Of a stretch of 64,000 nucleotides of DNA, positions 1-8,556 are shown in pieces. The stretch is taken from NCBI GenBank assembly GCA_963832745.1, contig CAWHVC010000003.1:256001-320000 (forward strand), written 5' to 3'. Positions within the stretch are counted from its first letter, which is position 1; the number at the start of each line of letters is the position of its first letter. Position numbers and translations under genes: made by a program. The notes below the pieces were generated by a model. That model was not told the DNA's origin and searched no databases. It saw only the letters and a list, made by a program, of their open reading frames with translations. The DNA is from Candidatus Bathyarchaeota archaeon (GTDB lineage: Archaea; Thermoproteota; Bathyarchaeia; Bathyarchaeales; Bathycorpusculaceae).

Positions 1-716
1 AAAGTGTTAGTTCGAAAATCCTTAAAGCCCGCCCGGGCAAGCGCCTTGTTATAGCAGACGGCTTGGTTGCCTTTCTCTTTGTAAACTATTATGCGTAAGT
101 CGTAGAACCATTTGTTTACTAGTTCTTGGGCGACTACACCGATTGGGTTAATGATGTTTGGTTTTGTTTCTTGAATGTTAGCGATGAGTTCTTCACGGGT
201 TTTTGAGAGCATAATCATTTTGCCGTGGGTTCCAGCATCTGCCTTAATCACGATACCATCTTCAAAGGGAATTTCCGCTTGGAAAAGGTCGGCGATGTCT
301 TTTTCGTTGTGTATTTCTTTGCCATTCTTCATGAAGTCAGAAGCGTCACAGGGCACAAACACGGTTTTTGGAATTGGCAACCCTGCTTTCCAAAGGTTTA
401 GCAGTGTACGGAGTTTGCTGTAGCAGGTAAATTCCGCTTGGCTGGTGTTAATGGTTTTTTTGCCAAGCATCTCCATAATGTATGAAGCCTGCAGTCGACG
501 GTTTTTGCTTTGGGCCCGGTTAAGTACAGCAGCGGTTTGGTTGAAAGTTTCAATATAGTCTTTGCCTTTGGTTTTGGCGCTGAAACCCTCCTTTGAAATT
601 GCCAAAGCAATTTTGCGGAATGGAATAAATTTTAGGTCAATTCCAAGTTGTTGCGCTGTCTGTTTTATGCCAGCTTCATCATTTTCTGAGCGTTCATAAA
701 GAAGGGCTATGCTCAT
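1..716 (-). CDS. lysX: LysX/ArgX-type RimK-family ATP-grasp ligase (3' end runs off the window)
   Basis: Manual translation from ATG at 716: MSIALLYERSENDEAGIK...VLNRAQSKNRR...CYSKLRT...GLPIPKTVF...VIKADAGTHGK...VAQELVNKWFYDLRIIV...RAGFKDFRTN (ATP-grasp motifs); directly downstream of lysW. Confidence 0.85.
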   Translation of the reverse strand, partial: MSIALLYERSENDEAGIKQTAQQLGIDLKFIPFRKIALAISKEGFSAKTKGKDYIETFNQTAAVLNRAQSKNRRLQASYIMEMLGKKTINTSQAEFTCYSKLRTLLNLWKAGLPIPKTVFVPCDASDFMKNGKEIHNEKDIADLFQAEIPFEDGIVIKADAGTHGKMIMLSKTREELIANIQETKPNIINPIGVVAQELVNKWFYDLRIIVYKEKGNQAVCYNKALARAGFKDFRTNT

Positions 717-792
717 CGCTAATCGTCCTTTAAAGCAAATATTTCAAAAATAATGGTAACATTCTAAAATAGTAGGATGATTGATTGACTGC

Positions 793-1020
793 TTATTCGC
801 CCCAGTCTTCGCCTTCGATGGTTAACTCTTGTAGGTCGACGCATCCACCTTTAACGGTTTTTACTTCGAGTTCAAGTCCACATCCAGGGCAACTGACGAT
901 TTCGCCGGTTTCTGTGTCTGCTGGCACGTCTAGTTCTGCGTCACAGTCTGGGCATTTTGCTTTGCAGATGTCTGCTTCGTGGGTGTTTGGATTTGTGGGT
1001 TTTATCATTGTTTTACTCAC
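793..1020 (-). CDS. lysW: Alpha-aminoadipate/glutamate carrier protein LysW
   Basis: CPDC...CPGC zinc ribbon and the diagnostic C-terminal EDWGE. Confidence 0.95.
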   Translation of the reverse strand: MSKTMIKPTNPNTHEADICKAKCPDCDAELDVPADTETGEIVSCPGCGLELEVKTVKGGCVDLQELTIEGEDWGE

Positions 1021-1070
1021 TTTTTTATTGGAAATGAACTTTTTATTAAAAGCGGGTACCTTTTAAACAT

Positions 1071-1088
1071 TGTGACTTATATGTTACA
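1071..1088. promoter_or_regulatory. Imperfect palindrome TGTGACTTATATGTTACA, candidate operator between lysW and the divergent Lrp gene
   Basis: 7 of 9 dyad positions pair; lies in the divergent intergenic region. Confidence 0.3.
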
Positions 1089-1263
1089 GGTTGGAAAAGA
1101 AATGTTCCAAATATAACAAAAAGCCGTGAAAGGTTAAGCATGCAAGCTCAGGTTTTTGCGGTAAATAATAGCAGTTAAAAAACGATAAACGTACTTCTCA
1201 AGACGCATTAGTGCCGAAATCGTTAAATTCAAACAACCGCATCCTTACCACAGGCGCAAAGTA

Positions 1264-1674
1264 ATGGATGAAACAGACCGGAAAATTTTAAAGATCCTCA
1301 AAAACGACGCAAGAGCAGGCTACGTCGAAATCGGTAACCAAGTCGGCCTATCCGAAGGCGCAGTCCGAAAAAGAATCAAAAACCTAACCGACGATGACGT
1401 CATCCGCAAATTCACCGTTAAAATCGGCGTCAAAGAAGGCGCAGAAGCTATAACCCTGCTCACTGTAAACCCAGCCTACCCCACACAAGAAGTTACAAAA
1501 CGCATACAACTTATCCCAAATGTTGAAACAATCTATGAAGTTACAGGCGAATACGACATTGTCGCAGTCATCGGCGGCATGAACGTTGTCGAAGTTAACG
1601 AATGCATCGAAAAAATCCGCCGTGTAGAAGGCATAATGAAAACCAACACAATGATAGTTCTACGCAACCTCTAA
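1264..1674 (+). CDS. Lrp/AsnC-family transcriptional regulator (LysM-like)
   Basis: MDETDRKILKIL...GLSEGAVRKRIKNL HTH plus RAM domain (YEVTGEYDI); divergent from lysW-lysX. Confidence 0.9.
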   Translation: MDETDRKILKILKNDARAGYVEIGNQVGLSEGAVRKRIKNLTDDDVIRKFTVKIGVKEGAEAITLLTVNPAYPTQEVTKRIQLIPNVETIYEVTGEYDIVAVIGGMNVVEVNECIEKIRRVEGIMKTNTMIVLRNL

Positions 1675-2179
1675 CTTTATTACTTACACTATTTTTGGGA
1701 TTACACGATTAGTTCTCTTTCATATTCAACTTTTCACACCTAAACACCCCAACCCCTAACAATCAATACAAAGCCTGCAGCGGCAACCTCAGAGTACAGA
1801 TACTAAAGGGACATGCAAGCCAAAGATTGAAGCGGTAAACTCACCTTTTATCTCTGGGTATCATCAAACGCATAATAAAACCGACACCAAGGTAGTGCTT
1901 CTTAACTCTTAGCGGCACTTTCCTTTGCGGTTGGACCAAAAGGGTAGGCCTTTACTTATTTAGGTGGCTTAGGAAACTGCAAACACTTACTGAGGTAAAC
2001 CACAAGCAGAGCCACCTATTTTTTGATTTACACATAAAGGAGGACTCAGTAAAACGAAACGCCCGCGTTGTTACAGCCCATCTGGCACAGCATGTTTACT
2101 TAAAACATTTATTGATAAACAATAATGCCTATAGCCTGTGTACCCTCAATTTGTATCTTACATAGGAAGATACACGTTA

Positions 2180-3010
2180 ATGAAAAACTTTAAAATAATC
2201 ATAACTTTCATGGCAGTTTTATTAATCGCTTCAATCGGCGCAAACGTCTACTTCGCAAGCTCTATGACAGCGTCAAACAACAACGACACAACCAAACTTG
2301 GGATGGTCTCAGCCCTCTCACAGGTTCAAGTCAATATAAACACGGAACTACAAAAGATCGGCAGCAGTCTCGCCCTCGCTTCACAGCAACTCACTTACAC
2401 GGGCTTAACCGGTGAACAAGCAGATGCAGTACTAAGTGAGTTAGCCTCTAACAGCACCTACATCATCGACGCAGGAACCGAAGACATGAACAACATAATG
2501 GTCGCCGTGCAGCCTCCTGCATGCAACAATGTAATCGGCATAAGCGTCGGCGAACAAACCTGGCTAAACACTAATCCTAACGGTCCCATAAATCCCATGA
2601 TGACTCCAGTTATACCCCTTATAGAAGGCACAACAGGCATAGCAATGGCAGCACCAGTCTTCAACACAGATAAAGAAATGATAGGTACAGTCAGCATCAT
2701 CTTTAACCCTCAAACACTCATCAGCACAGCTGTCGCAAAAGCCCCAGACAACGCCAAATACGAATTCTCAGCTATGCAGACAGACGGTTACTCAATGTAC
2801 GACAGCGAGCCAGAGTACCAGGGCACAAATCTCCTTACAAACACTTCAATACCAGGCTACAGCCTCATCTATAATTCAGTAAGCAACACCGCCAACAGCA
2901 TCTCTGGATACTACCTCTACGACTACCAAGGCACCAATTGGCAATGTTACTGGACAACCATAAACGCTTTCGGTCAAGACTGGCGACTATCAGTTCACCA
3001 CACAGCATAA
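2180..3010 (+). CDS. Membrane-anchored stand-alone Cache (dCache-like) domain protein
   Basis: N-terminal hydrophobic anchor; TPVIPLIEG..GIAMAAPVF..EMIGTVSIIF..MQTDG..YDSEPEYQG-NL pattern; no cytoplasmic output domain; ATG at 2180 preferred. Confidence 0.65.
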   Translation: MKNFKIIITFMAVLLIASIGANVYFASSMTASNNNDTTKLGMVSALSQVQVNINTELQKIGSSLALASQQLTYTGLTGEQADAVLSELASNSTYIIDAGTEDMNNIMVAVQPPACNNVIGISVGEQTWLNTNPNGPINPMMTPVIPLIEGTTGIAMAAPVFNTDKEMIGTVSIIFNPQTLISTAVAKAPDNAKYEFSAMQTDGYSMYDSEPEYQGTNLLTNTSIPGYSLIYNSVSNTANSISGYYLYDYQGTNWQCYWTTINAFGQDWRLSVHHTA

Positions 3011-3127
3011 AACAATCAACTTTTCCTTTTTTGTTAAACCGGCAAGTAACGTCTAGGTTGTTTTATTTTGATTTCCTGCCTAGTTATGCAAGCTGTTTAA
3101 AGTTGAACCAAAACATAGCGCTTTAAT

Positions 3128-3574
3128 TTATGGTTCTACTTTTATGCAGGTTACTTTTATGCCGTTTTTCTTTAGCAACGCAGCCGTTACCCCATCGCCG
3201 GTTACAAATTTACCTTTGAAGGAACCATCAAAGATTTTTCCGCAACCACATGAGGGGCTTCTTTCTGTCAGCAACGCTTCTTTTGCTCCTACAGCCTGAG
3301 CAATCCGCAGCGCCTCATTGGCACCTTTTAGGAATTGGCTGGTTACGTCTTCGCCTTGCATGTTAACGACTTTGGCTTTTCCCGTAAGTACGTCTGCGCC
3401 GGTTCCGCCTTGAATCTCTGCTGGCACCCGAGGCAATGGCAGGCCTCCAAGGATTTCGGGGCAGATTGGGAACAGGTTGCCTTTCTGGAACTCTTTACGT
3501 AATGTGGGGTTTAGCCAGTTTTTGGCTTCAAAATTGCAGTTTACACCGAGTAGGCAAGCGCTGACGAGTTTCAT
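3128..3574 (-). CDS. DUF523 / 2-thiouracil desulfurase-family protein
   Basis: VSACLLG, CPE..GGL..PR, SPSCG and GDGVTA motifs. Confidence 0.9.
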   Translation of the reverse strand: MKLVSACLLGVNCNFEAKNWLNPTLRKEFQKGNLFPICPEILGGLPLPRVPAEIQGGTGADVLTGKAKVVNMQGEDVTSQFLKGANEALRIAQAVGAKEALLTERSPSCGCGKIFDGSFKGKFVTGDGVTAALLKKNGIKVTCIKVEP

Positions 3575-3749
3575 GAGTTTAAACGTTCCGTGGTTTAATG
3601 TAAGATTGCTTTGTTTTTGAAAAAGATATGCTTTGTTGGACAGTTATCTGATTTAAAGGTTGCATAGGTTGAACTTATAGTCAGAGTTCATAACTTATAA
3701 TAGCCAAAAAACCCCAATTAACCAATAATTCTCAACGGAGAAATCGATT

Positions 3750-5180
3750 TTGACAGACCAACCTTCACAAACCACTTTAAACGCCAACATCAAAATAGCA
3801 GGATACCTTGATCGAATTCAGCAACCCGTAATGGCTGTTGATAAAGACTTCAACATACTCTACATAAACCAGTACGGTGCAACATTGCTAAATTCAACAC
3901 CTCAACAACTACAAGGACAAAAATGTTACAGTCAATTCAAAACAGGCGATTGTAATACAGAAAAATGTGCCTGCAAAATCGCCATGCAAGAAAAGAAGGA
4001 AGCTACGTCCAAAACAGTTGCAAATCCGTCAGGCTTAGAATTGCCGATTCAATATACTGGGGCACCCTTGGTTGATGAAAACGGCAACGTAACTGGCGCA
4101 GTTGAAGTTGTAACAAACATTGCAGACTTAAAAAATGCGTTGGACATGATTAATGGAATATTAAAGGCTGCCTCAAGTGCTTCTCAAGAAGTGGAGGGTT
4201 ATGCAACTGAAGTTTTAAGCACCGCAGAAAACGTTGGTACAATGGCAGCTCAAGCCGCTGAAGCATCAGAGAAACTAAGGACCTCTTTAGAGCAGGTGCA
4301 ACAAGCAGCCGAAAATGTTTCCAGTGGAGCGCAGAGCCTTTCGACTCTTGCTCAAAGCACAGCAAGAAACATTGAAGTTCTTACCACAAAAATAACTGAT
4401 GTAGACAGGAAAACAAATGAAGTCAACGTTGTTGTAGCTGAATCAAACAAGTTGGCTAATCAGGTAAAGTCTGGCGGTGAACACGCTTTGTCAGCTTTAG
4501 GCGAAATAAAGAAGGCTTCCTTTGGCGTGCAAAACATTATTTCAGAAGTAAACTCGTCTGTAAACAACGTTGCAAGTTTAGCTGATGATATTTCACAAAT
4601 AGCTGGGCAAGTAAACATGCTTGCACTTAATGCTGCTATTGAAGCTGCAAGAGCAGGAGAAGCAGGACGAGGCTTTGCAGTAGTAGCTGACGCAGTAAAA
4701 CAGTTAGCAGGTCAAGCAGGCAAAGCAGCAAACACAGCAGTACACTCAATCGACGGCATAACCAAATCAGGCAAAAATGCGGCTGAAATGTCAAAAAATG
4801 CTGGCGAAGTAGCAAACAACGGTGACAGCATCGTTAGTCAAACAATAAATGGTTCCCAAAAGGTAGCAGAATCAATGGATAAAATCTTGAATATAACTCA
4901 AAATTTAACTGCTATCGTGCAAGGCAGCGCCAAATCTCTTGAAGACGTAAACCACGCAATAGAACAAGTTGCAAGCGTTTCTGAGGAATCTGCGTCAGCC
5001 GCTGAAGAAACAACCGCCAGCATTGAAGAACAAACTGCAGCCACAGACCAAGTTGCTTCAGTAAGCAAGAAACTGCAGAACGAAGGCGAAAAAGCCATTG
5101 AGATTGCCAGAAAAATAAACGCTTCAATTAAAAAGCTAAACGAGGAACTTTCTAAAGCTGAAGCAATGCAGCTCAACTAA
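3750..5180 (+). CDS. Soluble PAS-domain methyl-accepting chemotaxis protein
   Basis: N-terminal PAS domain; MCP hairpin signature QVNMLALNAAIEAARAGEAGRGFAVVADAVKQLA; no TM segment. Confidence 0.92.
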   Translation: MTDQPSQTTLNANIKIAGYLDRIQQPVMAVDKDFNILYINQYGATLLNSTPQQLQGQKCYSQFKTGDCNTEKCACKIAMQEKKEATSKTVANPSGLELPIQYTGAPLVDENGNVTGAVEVVTNIADLKNALDMINGILKAASSASQEVEGYATEVLSTAENVGTMAAQAAEASEKLRTSLEQVQQAAENVSSGAQSLSTLAQSTARNIEVLTTKITDVDRKTNEVNVVVAESNKLANQVKSGGEHALSALGEIKKASFGVQNIISEVNSSVNNVASLADDISQIAGQVNMLALNAAIEAARAGEAGRGFAVVADAVKQLAGQAGKAANTAVHSIDGITKSGKNAAEMSKNAGEVANNGDSIVSQTINGSQKVAESMDKILNITQNLTAIVQGSAKSLEDVNHAIEQVASVSEESASAAEETTASIEEQTAATDQVASVSKKLQNEGEKAIEIARKINASIKKLNEELSKAEAMQLN

Positions 5181-5305
5181 ATTCAAGTTTCCGCCAACAT
5201 TTTTTATTCCGGTTCCTTTTTTGTCACGAAAGAACCATTATTTTCAAGTTTAGGCGGGACTCTTTTAATTATTAAGCCAAACAACGTTCAATTTAACGTC
5301 TGTTT

Positions 5306-5320
5306 CCGAAACGCTTATAT
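5306..5320 (+). promoter_or_regulatory. BRE + TATA promoter of the aromatic operon (CCGAAACGCTTATAT)
   Basis: Purine-rich BRE followed by TTATAT, about 40 nt upstream of the leader ATG. Confidence 0.55.
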
Positions 5321-5358
5321 TTTCTTGCCTATAACCAATTTCAAGGTTCGAAGCAAAA

Positions 5359-5433
5359 ATGATAAATCTTCACATTAACCCAAAAAGATTTCAAAGCTAC
5401 AGCTTCGAATACTGCTTTTATTATAACTTCTAA
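5359..5433 (+). CDS. Putative Phe/Tyr-rich leader peptide (24 aa, MINLHINPKRFQSYSFEYCFYYNF)
   Basis: ATG 5359 to TAA 5433; 4 Phe + 4 Tyr in the last 14 codons; lies between the promoter and the aromatic operon. Confidence 0.8.
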   Translation: MINLHINPKRFQSYSFEYCFYYNF

Positions 5434-5437
5434 CAGT

Positions 5438-5478
5438 AGCCCAGAACTAACTAAAATTTTAAAGAAATGTTCTGGGCT
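5438..5478 (+). promoter_or_regulatory. 10-bp hairpin AGCCCAGAAC/GTTCTGGGCT, candidate attenuator element
   Basis: Perfect inverted repeat starting 5 nt after the leader stop and ending just before the GGGGGT SD of aspartokinase. Confidence 0.7.
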
Positions 5479-5496
5479 GGCAAAGGGGGTAAAACG

Positions 5497-6741
5497 GTGG
5501 AAAATATAAAATCTGGCAAAAAAATTGTGGTTAAATTTGGCGGTTCAAGCCTTGCTGATCATGAAAAGCTACTGAAAGCTGTAATGGCTGTTGTTTCGGA
5601 AGCTAAACACGGTGTCAAAATCGCTGTTGTAGTTTCAGCTATGGGTAAAACTACTGATGTACTTATGACCACGGCTAAAAATACTTCAAACGGAAAACTA
5701 GCTAAACATGAATTGGATGACATTCTTTCTATGGGTGAACGCACAAGCGTACGCATCTTCGCTACTGCATTGCGGAACAATGGTGTTGACGCCTGCTACT
5801 TTGACCCCATGGAAGACAAGTGGCCAATAATCACTGATGAATCTTTCCAGAACGCTAACCCAATCGTTAAAGAATGCATCAAAAACATCAAAACCTGCGT
5901 TTTGCCGCTGGTTGAGAAAGGAACCATACCAGTAATTGCAGGTTTCGTAGGTAAAACTAAAGAAGGCAAAATTACCACTCTTGGCAGAGGCGGAAGTGAC
6001 ACCACAGCATTTATCCTTGGAGAAGGTATAGGCGCTGACCAAATCGTTCTTGTCACTGACGCGGATGGCATTATGTCAAGCGACCCCAAAATCATTAAGG
6101 CGCCTAAGCTTTTGCCAGAAATCAACGTTAATACCCTTATAGGTTTGGCTGATTCAGGAGCCAAATTTATCCACAGCAAAGCGCTTAAGTATAAACCGAA
6201 GGACATAGATGTTAAAGTTATGAGCAACAAGCATAACGACCTAAGCCAGCCAGGCACCCTAATTAAAGATGCATTAGCGTGGGAACTTGACGCTGAAATT
6301 GCTTATCCAACACCTGTTGCAGAGATAACGGTTATCGGAGAAGGCCTCTCAAGCAACACTAACATCATTACGGAAATGTTTGAAAAAGTCAGGCAGCAAA
6401 CTACACTGCTTGGCATGTCCATGAACTCAAATTCAATAATATTCTACGTAGCTCAAGAAAACAATATCGTGGAACTTTTCAACCAAATTCACCAAATCAC
6501 TATTGACAACAAAGAAACCATTGCAATGGCAGTCAAAAAAGACTTAGCTTTCATCCAAACCAGTGGTGTCGGTCTTGAAGAAACACGCGGTATCATCGGA
6601 AAAATCAGCGAAGACCTAAGACTTGCGGGCATCAACATTTCAGGCATCTTAACTATCACTTCCAGCATTTTACTGTTTGTAGATTGGAGCGAAAAAGAAA
6701 AAGCTCTAAAGCTCATTAAGACCTCATTAAAAACACACTAG
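5497..6741 (+). CDS. lysC: Aspartate kinase
   Basis: VVKFGGSS, VVVSAMG, TTLGRGGSDTTA and C-terminal ACT domains; GTG at 5497 follows SD GGGGGT (the track ATG 5467 overlaps the hairpin). Confidence 0.92.
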   Translation: MENIKSGKKIVVKFGGSSLADHEKLLKAVMAVVSEAKHGVKIAVVVSAMGKTTDVLMTTAKNTSNGKLAKHELDDILSMGERTSVRIFATALRNNGVDACYFDPMEDKWPIITDESFQNANPIVKECIKNIKTCVLPLVEKGTIPVIAGFVGKTKEGKITTLGRGGSDTTAFILGEGIGADQIVLVTDADGIMSSDPKIIKAPKLLPEINVNTLIGLADSGAKFIHSKALKYKPKDIDVKVMSNKHNDLSQPGTLIKDALAWELDAEIAYPTPVAEITVIGEGLSSNTNIITEMFEKVRQQTTLLGMSMNSNSIIFYVAQENNIVELFNQIHQITIDNKETIAMAVKKDLAFIQTSGVGLEETRGIIGKISEDLRLAGINISGILTITSSILLFVDWSEKEKALKLIKTSLKTH

Positions 6742-6745
6742 AGAG

Positions 6746-7546
6746 ATGGGATACTTGAATCAAGGCAAAACCAGGCGAATGAAACGAATCTTCCAGCAAG
6801 ATAACCGTACAGTAATTGTCCCAATGGACCACGGCGTAACCATCGGCCCAATCCAAGGCATCACCAACATGCAGCAAACAATAAACCAACTCGTTAAAGG
6901 TGGTGTTGACGCGGTTCTTGTTCACAAAGGCATCGCCAAAACTGTCGATACAACCGGCACCGGCTTAATCGTTATGCTCAGCGGCATGTCAAACCTTAGC
7001 CCAAACATAAACAATAAAGTTCAAGTCTGCAGCGTACAGGAAGCTATACGAATCGGCGCCGACGCAGTTTCCGTTCACGTTAACGTAGGTGCGCAAGATG
7101 AAGATAAAATGCTGCATAACTTGGGCAAAGTAGCTGAAGAATGCGACAGCTTTGGCATTCCTCTTCTTGCCATGATGTACCCGCGGGGACCAAGAATCGC
7201 AAATGAGCATGCACTTGAAGTAGTAGCCCACGCAGCCCGTATAGGTGCAGAACTCGGCGCAGATGTAATCAAAACTAACTACACGGGCACAATCGAATCA
7301 TTTAAGCAGGTTACTGAAAGTTGTCCAGCCCCAGTTCTAATCGCTGGTGGACCAAAATGCAAGTCCGTAGAGGAAATCTTGCAAACGACAAGTGACTCAA
7401 TCAAAGCAGGTGCAGCTGGACTCTCAATTGGACGCAATGTGTTTCAATGCGAAAATCAAGCATTAATCGTGAAGGCGCTCTCAGCTATCGTGCATAAAGG
7501 CGCATCTGTTGAGCAAGCCCAAAAAATTCTTGGTGAAAAACTTTGA
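6746..7546 (+). CDS. 2-amino-3,7-dideoxy-D-threo-hept-6-ulosonate (ADH) synthase, DhnA-type aldolase
   Basis: IVPMDHG, AMMYPRG, ELGADVIKT, AGGPK and IGRNVFQ; adjacent to DHQ synthase II. Confidence 0.92.
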   Translation: MGYLNQGKTRRMKRIFQQDNRTVIVPMDHGVTIGPIQGITNMQQTINQLVKGGVDAVLVHKGIAKTVDTTGTGLIVMLSGMSNLSPNINNKVQVCSVQEAIRIGADAVSVHVNVGAQDEDKMLHNLGKVAEECDSFGIPLLAMMYPRGPRIANEHALEVVAHAARIGAELGADVIKTNYTGTIESFKQVTESCPAPVLIAGGPKCKSVEEILQTTSDSIKAGAAGLSIGRNVFQCENQALIVKALSAIVHKGASVEQAQKILGEKL

Positions 7547-8556
7547 AAGAGCTCTGGATAGAAACAGGTAAGATAGATGCTTTATCCAACCTCATAAAGA
7601 AGTACTGTGATGTTGTAGTTGAAGGCGACAAAGCTTCTTTTTTGGCTACAATACAAGAACAAACCGTTTTGTCCCCAACTGTTGAGTCTTTCGAGGAATT
7701 AGATGTTAAAGGCAAAGTTCTACGTATCTGCATAAGCGATAAGACAACTGAAAACTTGATTGTTAAAGCCGCAGAAAAAGGCGCAAGTTACATACTTATC
7801 AGCACCGCAAACTGGCGAGTTATTCCACTAGAGAATCTCATTGCCCGCATTAAGGGTAAAAGCAAACTTATCGCTGAAGTAACCAACGCTGAAGAGGCAA
7901 AAGTTGCACTTGAAACCTTGGAACTTGGCACCGACGGCGTGCTGCTAAAAACTTCTGACCCAGATGAGGTCTTAAAAACCGTTGTAGTTGTTAAGCCTGA
8001 AGCTTTGAAACTTGAAATGGCGGTTGCCAAAATCATTTCTACTAAGCCCATAAGCAATGGTGCACGCGTTTGTGTTGATACCTGCGATTTGATGATTCAG
8101 GGCGAGGGTATGCTGGTTGGCAGTCAAAGTGCGGGATTGTTTTTGGTGGAAGCTGAAGTTAACGAGAACCCGTATGTTGCGTCGCGTCCTTTCCGTGTTA
8201 ACGCTGGTTCCTGTTCAATGTACACATTGGGCAACCTCCAAACTACGCGGTACCTTCAAGAATTTAAGGCAGGCGACGAAGTGGTCATTGTTAATCGTGA
8301 GGGTAAAACACGCAGGGGAAATGTGGGTAGAATAAAAATTGAAATCCGCCCCTTAATCCTCGTGGAAGCGCTGGTTGAAGGTAAACTAATCAAAACTATT
8401 CTGCAGAACGCTGAAACTATCCGTGTGGTTACTCCTAAATCGTCTAAACCAGTCACCGAACTTAAAGAGGGCGACGAAGTCATAGTCCACTTAGCAGCAA
8501 AAGGGGGCAGGCACTTCGGCGTCAGCGTACCCGACGAAACGGTGATTGAAAAGTGA
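7543..8556 (+). CDS. 3-dehydroquinate synthase II (archaeal type)
   Basis: WRVIPLENLIA, RVCVDTC, RPFRVNAG, LQNAETIR and GRHFG. Confidence 0.95.
   Translation: MKELWIETGKIDALSNLIKKYCDVVVEGDKASFLATIQEQTVLSPTVESFEELDVKGKVLRICISDKTTENLIVKAAEKGASYILISTANWRVIPLENLIARIKGKSKLIAEVTNAEEAKVALETLELGTDGVLLKTSDPDEVLKTVVVVKPEALKLEMAVAKIISTKPISNGARVCVDTCDLMIQGEGMLVGSQSAGLFLVEAEVNENPYVASRPFRVNAGSCSMYTLGNLQTTRYLQEFKAGDEVVIVNREGKTRRGNVGRIKIEIRPLILVEALVEGKLIKTILQNAETIRVVTPKSSKPVTELKEGDEVIVHLAAKGGRHFGVSVPDETVIEK

Noticed and set aside
1985-2062. Hammerhead ribozyme (CTGAG...CGAAAC)
   Set aside because: The core is CTGAGGT rather than CTGANGA, and the required three stems cannot be built
5467-5496. Track start ATG 5467 for aspartokinase
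   Set aside because: It overlaps the 3' arm of the leader hairpin and has no SD; GTG 5497 follows GGGGGT at normal spacing
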